Source of the DNA: an uncultured Loktanella sp.
GTDB taxonomy: Bacteria; Pseudomonadota; Alphaproteobacteria; Rhodobacterales; Rhodobacteraceae
DNA: 46,079 nt
Direction: 5' to 3'
Assembly: GCA_913061335.1 (NCBI GenBank)
Contig: CAJXTP010000001.1
Span: 1-46,079, forward strand
Positions 18,070 through 26,820 of the stretch are shown piece by piece; position 1 is the stretch's first letter, and each line of letters starts with the position of its first letter. Under the pieces are notes generated by a model. That model was not told where the DNA came from, made no database searches, and saw only the letters and a program-made list of their open reading frames with translations. The translations under genes were made by a program, and so were the position numbers.

Positions 18070-19275
18070 TCAGCCAACCACGTTAAAGTCAGGCCCAAAT
18101 GGGTATTTGGTGATATTCTCGTTTCCGTCCTGCGTAATGAACAAGATATCATGCTCGCGGTAACCACCGGCACCGGGCTGGCCTTCTGGGATGGTCAACA
18201 TCGGTTCCATCGAAATCACCATGCCAGGTTCCAGCACTGTGTCGATGTCTTCGCGCAATTCCAGCCCCGCCTCGCGGCCATAGTAATGCGACAGCACGCC
18301 AAATGAATGGCCATAGCCAAACGTGCGGTACTGCAACAACTGGCGCTCTTCAAAGAACGTGTTGATCTTAGCGGTGACTTCGGCGCACGACACTCCCGGT
18401 TTTAGCAGGCTCATCCCGTATTCATGGGCGGCGACATTTGCCTCCCAAATACGCAAGCTCGCCGGATCAACTTCGCCAACAAACAATGTCCGTTCCAGCG
18501 CTGTGTAATACCCGCTGATCATCGGAAACGTGTTCAACGACAAGATATCGCCGCGTTGCAATTGTCGCGCGGTCACAGGGTTATGCGCGCCGTCCGTGTT
18601 GATTCCAGACTGGAACCAAACCCAACTATCGCGGTATTCCGCATCGGGGAACCGCTTAGCGATTTCCAGCTCCATCGCATTGCGACCAGCCATAGCCACG
18701 TCAATTTCGCGCGCGCCAACTGCAATCGCATCACGAATGGCATAGCCACCAACGTCCGCAACACCAGCCCCATGACGGATTAAATCCAACTCTGCCTGCG
18801 ATTTATGCATACGTTGCACCATCGTCATCGGCGCAATATCGACGACCCGCGCGGGCTGCATGAACGCTTCAAGCTTTTGGCTTTGCAGCAATGTCAGGTG
18901 GTCACCCTCCATGCCGACAACTCCACCAATCCCCGCAACAGACACGATAGCGCGCCAATAATTGTCACGCTCCCAATCGGTATAAGTGATGTTATCGCCG
19001 TGGCAGCGACGCCAAGGCTGCGACGCATCAATGCCCGCAGAAATCGTAACACTTTCAGTGGCCGTTACGACCAGCGCATAAGGACGGCCAAACGCACAAT
19101 ACAGAAAGCCGGAATAATAGGCGATGTTGTGCATCGACGTGAAAACCGCCGACTGCACGCCTGCATTGGACATGATTTTACGCAGCCCCGTCAGACGGGC
19201 CTCGAACTCAGCATCAGAAAACTGAAGCTGCTTTTCACCTTGGTGAAACCGATAGAATTGTGGACGCGTTGTCAT
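18070..19275 (-). CDS. Creatinase (creatine amidinohydrolase, M24 fold)
   Basis: SMHNIAYYSGFLYCAFGRPY, WFQSGINTDGAHNP, YRTFGYGHSFG, HYYGREAGLELREDI, GYREHD. Start at MTTRPQ (19275) behind SD GAGGT. Confidence 0.93.
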   Translation of the reverse strand: MTTRPQFYRFHQGEKQLQFSDAEFEARLTGLRKIMSNAGVQSAVFTSMHNIAYYSGFLYCAFGRPYALVVTATESVTISAGIDASQPWRRCHGDNITYTDWERDNYWRAIVSVAGIGGVVGMEGDHLTLLQSQKLEAFMQPARVVDIAPMTMVQRMHKSQAELDLIRHGAGVADVGGYAIRDAIAVGAREIDVAMAGRNAMELEIAKRFPDAEYRDSWVWFQSGINTDGAHNPVTARQLQRGDILSLNTFPMISGYYTALERTLFVGEVDPASLRIWEANVAAHEYGMSLLKPGVSCAEVTAKINTFFEERQLLQYRTFGYGHSFGVLSHYYGREAGLELREDIDTVLEPGMVISMEPMLTIPEGQPGAGGYREHDILFITQDGNENITKYPFGPDFNVVG

Positions 19276-19365
19276 TGCATAGACCTCACATAGATGGGGT
19301 CTGATGTGCAGACCCCGAAAGGTCCCGGCGTTCAGGACGAAGGGGTCAATAAGGGCCCCGAGCGG
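19276..19365 (-). promoter_or_regulatory. Structured 5' leader of creatinase, candidate riboswitch or translational attenuator
   Basis: Alternating complementary blocks GACCCC / GGGGTCTG / CAGACCCC / GAGGTCT(SD) allow mutually exclusive hairpins; no match to a riboswitch class I recognise. Confidence 0.5.
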
Positions 19366-19488
19366 CATTAAACCTGTGACGACGCCATCGCCACGTGCTC
19401 AAGCGGACTGCTAGTGCAAGAAGTGCCAATCTGGCAAGCGAAATTTTGGGGGCTGACAACGCTCCACTTGGGCGGCACGATACATGTC

Positions 19489-19899
19489 ATGTATATATGG
19501 ACCCGCCTACGCACCCTGATGAACGGGGACCCCCAGCCAGAACTGCCGCCAGCCTTGCCCGAAGGCAAGCTGCGCATCCACCTGCTGTCGGCCGATTTCG
19601 CGGATACTGACGCGGCAATGGCCTATTGTTTTCACGCCGACGGTGACACCCCCGAACAGATCACCTTTGATCAACCCGGCGCGTTCATTGATACCGGTTT
19701 TGTCGAAGTCGTGCACCGCAACCCCGCCGCCCGCCTCGCCGATTTTCTGCCCGCAGCCGACGTTAATCGAATGATCGCCAAGATGAAGGGCACCAACACG
19801 CTGATCATCATCACCGAGGACGCGTTCGGCGGCTTTCCCTACGTGCTGACGTCCAACAAAACCGTGTATTATATCGGCCCGGTTGTGGTCGACGTCTGA
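19489..19899 (+). CDS. Hypothetical protein (possible remote Imm22-like fold)
   Basis: ORF coupled to the cupin gene by a TGATG overlap; start uncertain (19489 or 19519). Confidence 0.7.
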   Translation: MYIWTRLRTLMNGDPQPELPPALPEGKLRIHLLSADFADTDAAMAYCFHADGDTPEQITFDQPGAFIDTGFVEVVHRNPAARLADFLPAADVNRMIAKMKGTNTLIIITEDAFGGFPYVLTSNKTVYYIGPVVVDV

Positions 19900-20249
19900 T
19901 GGATAAGGTCAACCTTGCGGATAAACTGGCGACGTTTTCCAACCACTGGTCGCCGCACATCATCGGCCAATATAATGACAACGACCTGATGGTCGTCAAA
20001 GTCCAAGGCGAATTCGTCTGGCACAGCCACCCCGACACCGATGATCTGTTTCTATGTCTGTCCGGTTCGGTCGATATTGAACTGCGCGACAAAACGGTAA
20101 CCCTTAACGCAGGTGAACTTTGCGTGGTCCCCGCTGGCGTTGAACACCGACCCACAGCGCGCGGTGAGGCGCATCTATTGCTGATCGAACCCAGCGGCAC
20201 ACCAAACACTGGCGACCCGGACACCGCCGTGCACAAGCCCGCCATATGA
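19899..20249 (+). CDS. Cupin-domain protein
   Basis: KVQGEFVWHSHPDTDDLF...GELCVVPAGVEHRP...EPSGTPNTG. Confidence 0.92.
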   Translation: MDKVNLADKLATFSNHWSPHIIGQYNDNDLMVVKVQGEFVWHSHPDTDDLFLCLSGSVDIELRDKTVTLNAGELCVVPAGVEHRPTARGEAHLLLIEPSGTPNTGDPDTAVHKPAI

Positions 20250-21208
20250 TGCGCAATCTGATCACCGATGTGCCCGGCATTCTGGTCGGCAATGCGCATG
20301 ACACGCATGTCAAAACCGGCACCACAGTCCTGACCGCTGCCCAGCCGTTCACCTGCGGCGTACACATCATGGGCGGCGCACCTGGTACCCGTGAAACCGA
20401 TCTGCTTGCGCCCGATAAACTGGTTGAACAGGTCGACGCACTTGTGCTGTCTGGCGGGTCTACCTTGGGGCTTGATGCGGCATCGGGCGCGGCAAACGCG
20501 CTACGCGCTGCAGGGCGGGGCTTTGCAGTTGGCGATCAACGTGTGCCCATTGTGCCCAGCGCAATCTTGTTCGACCTACTGAACGGCGGCGACAAAAACT
20601 GGCTTGAAAACCCTTACGCAACCTTGGGCGCACAGGCACTTGCATCCGCCAGCGACAGCTTTGACATCGGGACCGCAGGCGCGGGTTTCGGCGCAACTAC
20701 CGCCACGCTCAAAGGCGGGCTTGGATCGGCCAGCATGACCCTGCCAGATGGCACCGTCATCGGAGCGTTGGTCGCGGTCAACGCCGTCGGATCAGTGACT
20801 GTCGGCGACGGGCCGCATTTCTGGGCAGCACCATTTGAGCACGGCGGCGAGTTCGGCAATCTTGGCCCCTCTCCGACCTACCCGACAGGGCGGCCCACAA
20901 CCAAAGGACACGGTCGCAACACCACCATCGGGATCACCGCGACCAACGCAAAACTGACCCAAGCACAGTGCACGCGCCTTGCAACAGCAGCCCATGACGG
21001 GATCGGACGGGCGGTTGTGCCGGCGCACACACCAGTCGACGGCGACCTGATCTTCGCGGCCAGCACGGGGAACGTGAAATGCGACGACCTACTTTACCTC
21101 GGCCACGCAGCGGCCACCTGCATGGCGCGTGCAATTGCGCGGGGCGTCTATCTCGCGCGGTCCACCCCGTTCGAAGACCCGCCGTGTTATGCGCGGGCGT
21201 TTAGCTAA
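20246..21208 (+). CDS. DmpA / peptidase S58 (P1) family L-aminopeptidase/D-esterase
   Basis: ITDVPGILVG, GGAPGTRETDLL, LSGGS..GL, KGGLGSAS, NTTIG autoprocessing site, HTPVDGD. Confidence 0.92.
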   Translation: MMRNLITDVPGILVGNAHDTHVKTGTTVLTAAQPFTCGVHIMGGAPGTRETDLLAPDKLVEQVDALVLSGGSTLGLDAASGAANALRAAGRGFAVGDQRVPIVPSAILFDLLNGGDKNWLENPYATLGAQALASASDSFDIGTAGAGFGATTATLKGGLGSASMTLPDGTVIGALVAVNAVGSVTVGDGPHFWAAPFEHGGEFGNLGPSPTYPTGRPTTKGHGRNTTIGITATNAKLTQAQCTRLATAAHDGIGRAVVPAHTPVDGDLIFAASTGNVKCDDLLYLGHAAATCMARAIARGVYLARSTPFEDPPCYARAFS

Positions 21209-21962
21209 ACAGGGCTTGTGTCAGCGGGCTATCCGCGTCCGCCAACCCATCAATCACATTGAAATGGTGCTGATCAGGGGCAAAGGTCACGCTGCAACCC
21301 CACGCCGACCCCAACGCTTGGGCTTGCTCAATGAACACCGGCCGCTCATCTGCGCCGACCCAAACCGACACGGGCACATCAGGTGCTGCGGCATGCACTG
21401 GGCTCTCAGACATCGCCTCGGCCTCGGTTAGCTGAAAGTCGTCTTGCATCTGCGTTTGCATCAATGGGACCAAGTCCGCGACCGGTGAAATCGGCACTAC
21501 ACGGGCCAATCGGCCATCCCAATCCATCCCAGCAAGGCGGGCAACTATCTGTCCGCCAGCGGAATGCCCCGTCAATCTAATCGGCCCGGGCACACGGGCA
21601 GCAGCCAAGCGCACCGCCGCTGTCATCTGCTCGGTGATATCCGAAATCCGCACATCGGGACAAAGATCATACGACGGCATCGCCACCGCCCAGCCATGCG
21701 CCAAAGGACCAGCCGCCAAATGCGACCAGCTAGATTTATCGAACATCCGCCAATATCCGCCATGCACAAACACAACCAAGCCCTTGGCCAAACGGTTGGG
21801 ATGAAAAATATCCATCACCTGACGCGGGCTTGGGCCATATGGCACATCAATTTCGGCTAAAACACTGTCGCGAAAACCCGCCGCTTGCGTGTTCCAGCGA
21901 TCTGGATAATCCGCAGCACCATCAATATACGCGCCATTGGCAAACCGATCGTCCATGTCCAT
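21201..21962 (-). CDS. Alpha/beta hydrolase (kynurenine formamidase/esterase-like)
   Basis: FVHGGYW oxyanion motif, GHSAGG nucleophile, HHFNVI His. Real start near MDMDD (21962); the longer ORF-track N-terminus is a shadow of gabD. Confidence 0.88.
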   Translation of the reverse strand: MDMDDRFANGAYIDGAADYPDRWNTQAAGFRDSVLAEIDVPYGPSPRQVMDIFHPNRLAKGLVVFVHGGYWRMFDKSSWSHLAAGPLAHGWAVAMPSYDLCPDVRISDITEQMTAAVRLAAARVPGPIRLTGHSAGGQIVARLAGMDWDGRLARVVPISPVADLVPLMQTQMQDDFQLTEAEAMSESPVHAAAPDVPVSVWVGADERPVFIEQAQALGSAWGCSVTFAPDQHHFNVIDGLADADSPLTQALFS

Positions 21963-22052
21963 GTTTGGGCCTTTCATAATGCCAGCGTCGGTTTGCGCTT
22001 TACCAACGCAACCGCGCAAGGTCAGATGGGGCAAACTGAATTGGAGCTTACC

Positions 22053-23531
22053 ATGCTTGACGACATCACCAACCTCAAATCCATGCTGACGCGCCCTGAT
22101 CTGGTCTGCGAAGACGCGTTTATCGGCGGCAAATGGTCTGCGGCCACATCTGGCAAAACCTTTGACGTGACCAACCCCGCACGTGGGGATGTGATTGCAA
22201 CTGTCGCCGACCTTGATCGGGCCGACGTGGCACGGGCCATTGACGCGGCCAAAAAGGCGCAAGTTGGCTGGGCTGCTTTGGCCGCCAAAGCACGCTCCAA
22301 TATTTTGCGCAAATGGTTCGATCTTCTGATGGCCAACCAAGAAGACCTCGCAATCATCATGTCCGCCGAACAAGGCAAACCAATGACTGAATCGCGTGGC
22401 GAAGTCGCTTACGGCGCGTCGTTCATCGAATGGTTCGGCGAGGAGGCCAAGCGCAACTACGGCGAAACCATCCCTGGCCACATGGCTGACAAACGGATCA
22501 CCGTGATCAAACAGCCTATTGGCGTGGCGGCGGCAATCACGCCGTGGAACTTCCCCAATGCAATGATCGCGCGCAAAGTGGCGCCCGCACTGGCCGCTGG
22601 CTGTGCGTTCGTGGTGCGTCCTGCATCCCAAACACCACTGTCCGCGCTCGCCATGGCGAAACTGGCGCAAGAGGCAGGCGTTCCAAAGGGCGTGCTGTCC
22701 GTCGTCCCATCAAACGACGCGGCGGGCATCGGCAAAGAATTCTGCGAAAACCCGACTGTGCGCAAACTGTCGTTCACCGGATCAACCCAAGTCGGGCGGA
22801 TCTTGATGAAACAAGCGGCCGATCAGGTCATGAAATGCTCAATGGAACTGGGCGGCAACGCGCCATTCATCGTGTTTGACGACGCCGATCTGGACGAGGC
22901 CGTCATCGGGGCCATCGCCTGCAAATTCCGCAACAATGGGCAAACTTGCGTCTGCGCCAACCGGATTTACGTGCAAGCGGGCGTCTATGATGCCTTCGCG
23001 CAAAAGCTGAAAATCGCGGTCGAAAACCTGCTCGTCGGCGACGGCCTGACAGACGGTACCACCCTTGGGCCACTGATCGAACCGTCTGCGGTGGTCAAAG
23101 TCCAGTCGCACCTCGATGACGCCTTATCCAAGGGCGCGACCGTCCTGACAGGCGGCAAACCGCACGCGCTTGGCGGCTTGTTCTTCGAACCCACAATCGT
23201 GACAGGGGCGACCAAAGACATGATCGTCAGCACCGACGAAACATTCGGCCCCTTTGCGCCCTTGTTCAAATTTGAGGACGAAGACGACGTTATCGCGCTT
23301 GCCAATGACACGATCTTTGGACTGGCATCGTATTTCTACGCCAAAGACATCAGCCGCGTCGCCAAGGTGGCCGAGGCGCTGGAATACGGCATCGTCGGGA
23401 TCAACACGGGCATCATTTCAACCGAAGTCGCCCCATTTGGTGGGGTCAAACAGTCCGGCTTAGGGCGCGAAGGCAGCAGACACGGCATGGATGACTACAT
23501 GGAAATGAAATACATCTGCACGTCGGTTTAA
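22053..23531 (+). CDS. gabD: NAD(P)-dependent succinate-semialdehyde dehydrogenase
   Basis: ITPWNFPNAM, SFTGST, MELGGNAP, FRNNGQTCVC, ETFGP, PFGGVKQSGLGREG; SD GGAG before ATG 22053. Confidence 0.95.
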   Translation: MLDDITNLKSMLTRPDLVCEDAFIGGKWSAATSGKTFDVTNPARGDVIATVADLDRADVARAIDAAKKAQVGWAALAAKARSNILRKWFDLLMANQEDLAIIMSAEQGKPMTESRGEVAYGASFIEWFGEEAKRNYGETIPGHMADKRITVIKQPIGVAAAITPWNFPNAMIARKVAPALAAGCAFVVRPASQTPLSALAMAKLAQEAGVPKGVLSVVPSNDAAGIGKEFCENPTVRKLSFTGSTQVGRILMKQAADQVMKCSMELGGNAPFIVFDDADLDEAVIGAIACKFRNNGQTCVCANRIYVQAGVYDAFAQKLKIAVENLLVGDGLTDGTTLGPLIEPSAVVKVQSHLDDALSKGATVLTGGKPHALGGLFFEPTIVTGATKDMIVSTDETFGPFAPLFKFEDEDDVIALANDTIFGLASYFYAKDISRVAKVAEALEYGIVGINTGIISTEVAPFGGVKQSGLGREGSRHGMDDYMEMKYICTSV

Positions 23532-23552
23532 ACAAAAATATTTTGCAGCGGG

Positions 23553-23582
23553 CCAAGGATTGACCATTGGCCCGCGTCGAAC
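23553..23582 (+). promoter_or_regulatory. Putative autoregulatory ECF promoter (AAGGAT-N14-CGTC); sigma mRNA probably leaderless
   Basis: CCAAGGATTGAC-N8-CGCGTCGAAC ends 4 nt before GTG 23587 / ATG 23590 with no SD; the motif recurs at 24242-24271. Confidence 0.65.
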
Positions 23583-23589
23583 CACCGTG

Positions 23590-24132
23590 ATGCGTATGAC
23601 AACAACTGACGAAGACTTGGCGACACAGGCTGCCTGCGGCGACGGGGCGGCCTTCGGCGTGCTACTGGATCGGCACTATGACAGGTTGTTTGCGTTCTGC
23701 TTTCGGCTGACCGGATCGCGGGCAGAAGCCGAGGATTTGACCCAAGACATCTGCACCGCGCTGCCAACCAAATTGCGCAGCTATCAGGGGCGCGCACGGG
23801 TCACGACATGGCTTTACCGCGTAGCCGTCAACGCCGCCCATGACCGCAGGCGCAAGCAGGCAACATATGCACGCGCGACCAGCGGCTGGGGGACTTGGGA
23901 AATCGGGCGGGTCGCCGACATCGCCGAGGACGCGGATAAATCCGACTGGCTGACCAACGCCATGGGCACATTGACCGATGACCTGCGCGACACGCTCGCG
24001 CTGATCCTTGACGACGCGACCCACGCCCAAGCCGCCGAGGTGCTGGGTGTGTCCGAGGGCACCATCAGCTGGCGCATCTCCGAGGCCAAGAAACGCCTCA
24101 AAGCCCACCGCAAGCAGGAGGACACGCAATGA
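23590..24132 (+). CDS. ECF RNA polymerase sigma factor
   Basis: Region 2 (DRHYDRLF...AEAEDLTQD...TWLYRVAVNAAHD) and region 4 (HAQAAEVLGVSEGTISWRISEAKKRL). Confidence 0.93.
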   Translation: MRMTTTDEDLATQAACGDGAAFGVLLDRHYDRLFAFCFRLTGSRAEAEDLTQDICTALPTKLRSYQGRARVTTWLYRVAVNAAHDRRRKQATYARATSGWGTWEIGRVADIAEDADKSDWLTNAMGTLTDDLRDTLALILDDATHAQAAEVLGVSEGTISWRISEAKKRLKAHRKQEDTQ

Positions 24133-26060
24133 CCGATGATTTTGATGATCTGAAATCCACAATGAACGCGGCGGCCCCTGCACCTGATGCAGCCCGCAGA
24201 CAAGCAAACTTGGCACGGGCCCAAAAAAACTTCGACAGCCTCCAAGGATCGACGCAGCAGGCGCGTCCTACTTCTGAAAACAGGGCAACCGCCCTTTTAA
24301 CAGGAGTGAAAACAATGCTGAAGACACTGACATCACGCGGCGGATTGACCGCGACCACAGCCCTCGTGGCCTGCGGATTTCTATTTCTAACACCCGTTGG
24401 ACAGGACTTTCGGCGCAAACCCGCACCTATTCTGGGCGCAAGTGAATTGGAAGATAGCCGCAACCTTGATGCGGAAATCGCGACTGCCCCAGATGGCACT
24501 ACAACGGCCCTGAACAACGGAGTAATGGCCTCGGCAGAAATTGCATTTGAATTCGCAGATACACGTGCAAGCAACGGTTTTGTACAACATGAGCTTGGTT
24601 TTGGGCTTGGAGCATTGGCCGCACCAATGCCTTTCTCGGCAGACACAGCCAATATGGCAATTGCGAACACCGATAGCTTTGCCAATGCAACGGCCAATGC
24701 GGTCAAGATCGCCGCCGATGAGCCAGTCTCGACGTTCTCAATTGACGTGGACACCGTCAGCTACAGCATTGTGCGGTCACACCTGAACGCCGGATCTTTG
24801 CCACCATCCGACGCCGTGCGGGTCGAGGAATTGATCAACTATTTCCCCTATGACTACGCAGGACCAGCGGCAGGCCAAGGGCCGTTCCGCCCCACAGTAT
24901 CCGTCATGCCAACACCTTGGAACGCCGACACACAATTGGTTCACATCGCGATCCAAGGCGAGAAACCAGCGATCGACGACCGCCCGCCGCTGAACCTCGT
25001 GTTCCTAATCGACACATCAGGATCGATGGCCCAGCCCGATAAACTGCCCCTGTTAAAACAGTCGTTCCGGCTGATGCTCGACAATCTAAGCCCGCAAGAT
25101 CAGGTTGCTATCGTCGAATACGCAGGCAGCGCAGGCGAGGTTTTGACGCCGACAGCCGCATCAGATCGAACGACAATCCTACAAGCGATCAACAGCCTTG
25201 GCGCAGGTGGGTCAACGAACGGACAAGGCGGGTTGGAACAAGCCTACGCCGTGGCCGAAGGTATGGCCGCAGACGGGGACGTTTCCCGCGTAATCCTTGC
25301 AACGGATGGCGATTTCAATGTCGGCTTAAACGATCCAGATGCCCTGAAAGACTTCATCGCAGACAAACGCGACAGCGGCACATACCTGAGCGTACTTGGG
25401 TTTGGGCGTGGCAACTTGGACGACGCAACCATGCAAGCCTTGGCGCAAAACGGGAACGGGCAAGCGGCCTATATTGATGATCTGTCAGAGGCGCAAAAGG
25501 TGCTTGTCGATCAGCTGTCAGGGGCTCTATTTCCAATTGCTAATGACGTGAAGATACAGGTCGAGTTTAATCCGGCAACCGTCGCCGAATACCGACTGAT
25601 CGGGTATGAGACACGCAGCCTGCGCCGCGAGGATTTCAACAACGATGCGGTCGACGCAGGCGAGCTTGGGGCCGGACACAGTGTGACTGCCATCTACGAG
25701 GTGACACCTGTCGGCAGTGCAGCAATCCTGAGCGATCCGTTGCGATACGGCACGTCGGATACAGTTGAAGGGTCGGTCGAATTAGGCTTCCTCAAACTGC
25801 GGTTCAAAGCCCCGGGCAAAAGCCAAAGCCAATTGATCGAAACACCAATTTCAGCTGATTTGACAATCACATCAGAGGCACAATTTGCAGCAGCCATTGC
25901 GGGCTTCGGGCAGCTGCTGCGTGGTTCAGATTATCTGGGGGATTGGGCCTACGACGATGCAATCACACTTGCAAATGCCCATCGCGGGGATGACGCGTTT
26001 GGATACCGCACGCAAGCCGTTCAATTGATGCGATTGGCGCAGTCCCTATCGGAGGAGTGA
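24129..26060 (+). CDS. YfbK-like vWA / DUF3520 protein with N-terminal extension (putative anti-sigma)
   Basis: ATGA overlap with the sigma gene; PVSTFSIDVDT, VRVEELINYF, MIDAS LIDTSGSM, ILATDGDFNVG, EYRLIGYE, FNNDAVDAGE. Confidence 0.92.
   Translation: MTDDFDDLKSTMNAAAPAPDAARRQANLARAQKNFDSLQGSTQQARPTSENRATALLTGVKTMLKTLTSRGGLTATTALVACGFLFLTPVGQDFRRKPAPILGASELEDSRNLDAEIATAPDGTTTALNNGVMASAEIAFEFADTRASNGFVQHELGFGLGALAAPMPFSADTANMAIANTDSFANATANAVKIAADEPVSTFSIDVDTVSYSIVRSHLNAGSLPPSDAVRVEELINYFPYDYAGPAAGQGPFRPTVSVMPTPWNADTQLVHIAIQGEKPAIDDRPPLNLVFLIDTSGSMAQPDKLPLLKQSFRLMLDNLSPQDQVAIVEYAGSAGEVLTPTAASDRTTILQAINSLGAGGSTNGQGGLEQAYAVAEGMAADGDVSRVILATDGDFNVGLNDPDALKDFIADKRDSGTYLSVLGFGRGNLDDATMQALAQNGNGQAAYIDDLSEAQKVLVDQLSGALFPIANDVKIQVEFNPATVAEYRLIGYETRSLRREDFNNDAVDAGELGAGHSVTAIYEVTPVGSAAILSDPLRYGTSDTVEGSVELGFLKLRFKAPGKSQSQLIETPISADLTITSEAQFAAAIAGFGQLLRGSDYLGDWAYDDAITLANAHRGDDAFGYRTQAVQLMRLAQSLSEE
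24242..24317 (+). promoter_or_regulatory. Putative internal ECF promoter, short hairpin, SD and in-frame ATG inside the vWA gene
   Basis: CCAAGGATCGAC-N8-CGCGTCCTAC (same spacing as the 23553 copy), hairpin AGGGC-aacc-GCCCT at 24282-24295, AGGAG at 24302-24306, ATG 24315 (codon 63). Confidence 0.6.
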
Positions 26061-26084
26061 TGGGTTAAAACCCATCCTACGCAA
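26058..26084 (-). repeat. GTAG-family REP palindrome, copy 1
   Basis: TGATGGGTTAAAACCCATCCTACGCAA, exact reverse complement of 40661-40687. Confidence 0.85.
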
Positions 26085-26820
26085 TCCATCCAACGCTTTG
26101 ATTGGTGCGGGCGGCGGGGGTATATTCCCCGCTGACCCACGCGTCATATCCATCCGTATCAAGGGCTGTGAAAAACGCGGCAAAGTCGATATCAGATTGA
26201 TCCGGCGCCGTCCGGTCCGGCGTCTGCGCGACCTGCACATGCACCGTGATGTCACGCACACGCGCCCACGTTCCCAGCACATCCCCAGTGATCTTCTGTG
26301 CGTGATAAGCATCAAACTGCAAGCGAAGATTGGGGGCATCAATAGCGGCAATCACCTCAGCGGCCAAATCAAAGTCCGACAGGAAATATCCGGGCATGTC
26401 GTTTTGGTTAATTGGCTCGATGGTCAACGACTGTTCGGGGGCCTCTGCAGCTGCCCAGCGCAGGTTTTCAATAAAAGTAACCTTGGCATCCGGCCCTTCC
26501 GCGACCCCTGCCATGATATGCAAATGCTGCGCACCGAGCGCCGCTGCATAACGCAAGGACCGCTTAAAGTCTTGGCGGAACCGCGACCCCGGAACCGCAG
26601 CAAACCCGCGCTCACCACCAGTATAATTAGGGGGCGGACAATTGATCAGCGCCAACGGCAAGTCATTGCGGGCCAGCGCGTCCAACATATCAGGCACAGC
26701 AACATCGTAGGGAAACAACACCTCTACGGCATCAAACCCCGCAGCACGGGCCGCCGCAAATCGTTCGATGAACGGCAACTCCGTAAACAACATCGACAGG
26801 TTGGCGCAAAAACGTGGCAT
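26077..26820 (-). CDS. hyi: Hydroxypyruvate isomerase family protein
   Basis: RFCANLSMLFTE, AGFDAVEVLFPY, TIEPIN, LQFDAYHAQ, HVQVA, SGEY. Confidence 0.88.
   Translation of the reverse strand: MPRFCANLSMLFTELPFIERFAAARAAGFDAVEVLFPYDVAVPDMLDALARNDLPLALINCPPPNYTGGERGFAAVPGSRFRQDFKRSLRYAAALGAQHLHIMAGVAEGPDAKVTFIENLRWAAAEAPEQSLTIEPINQNDMPGYFLSDFDLAAEVIAAIDAPNLRLQFDAYHAQKITGDVLGTWARVRDITVHVQVAQTPDRTAPDQSDIDFAAFFTALDTDGYDAWVSGEYTPAARTNQSVGWIA

Noticed and set aside
19276-19368. In-frame 31 aa N-terminal extension of creatinase
   Set aside because: A good SD precedes ATG 19275 and none precedes 19368; the region is better explained as a structured leader, although a translated leader is not excluded.
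19415-19429. Sigma54-like TGGCAC…TTGCA on the minus strand upstream of creatinase
   Set aside because: GG-to-GC spacing is 8 nt instead of the required 10.
21963-22670. Apparent 235 aa N-terminal extension of the alpha/beta hydrolase (489 aa ORF)
   Set aside because: It overlaps gabD antisense; hydrolase-like sequence starts only at about 21962.
23548-23575. Inverted repeat GCGGGCCAA/TTGGCCCGC as a separate operator
   Set aside because: It overlaps the ECF promoter and could simply be the gabD 3' hairpin; it is absent from the internal promoter copy, so no independent claim is made.
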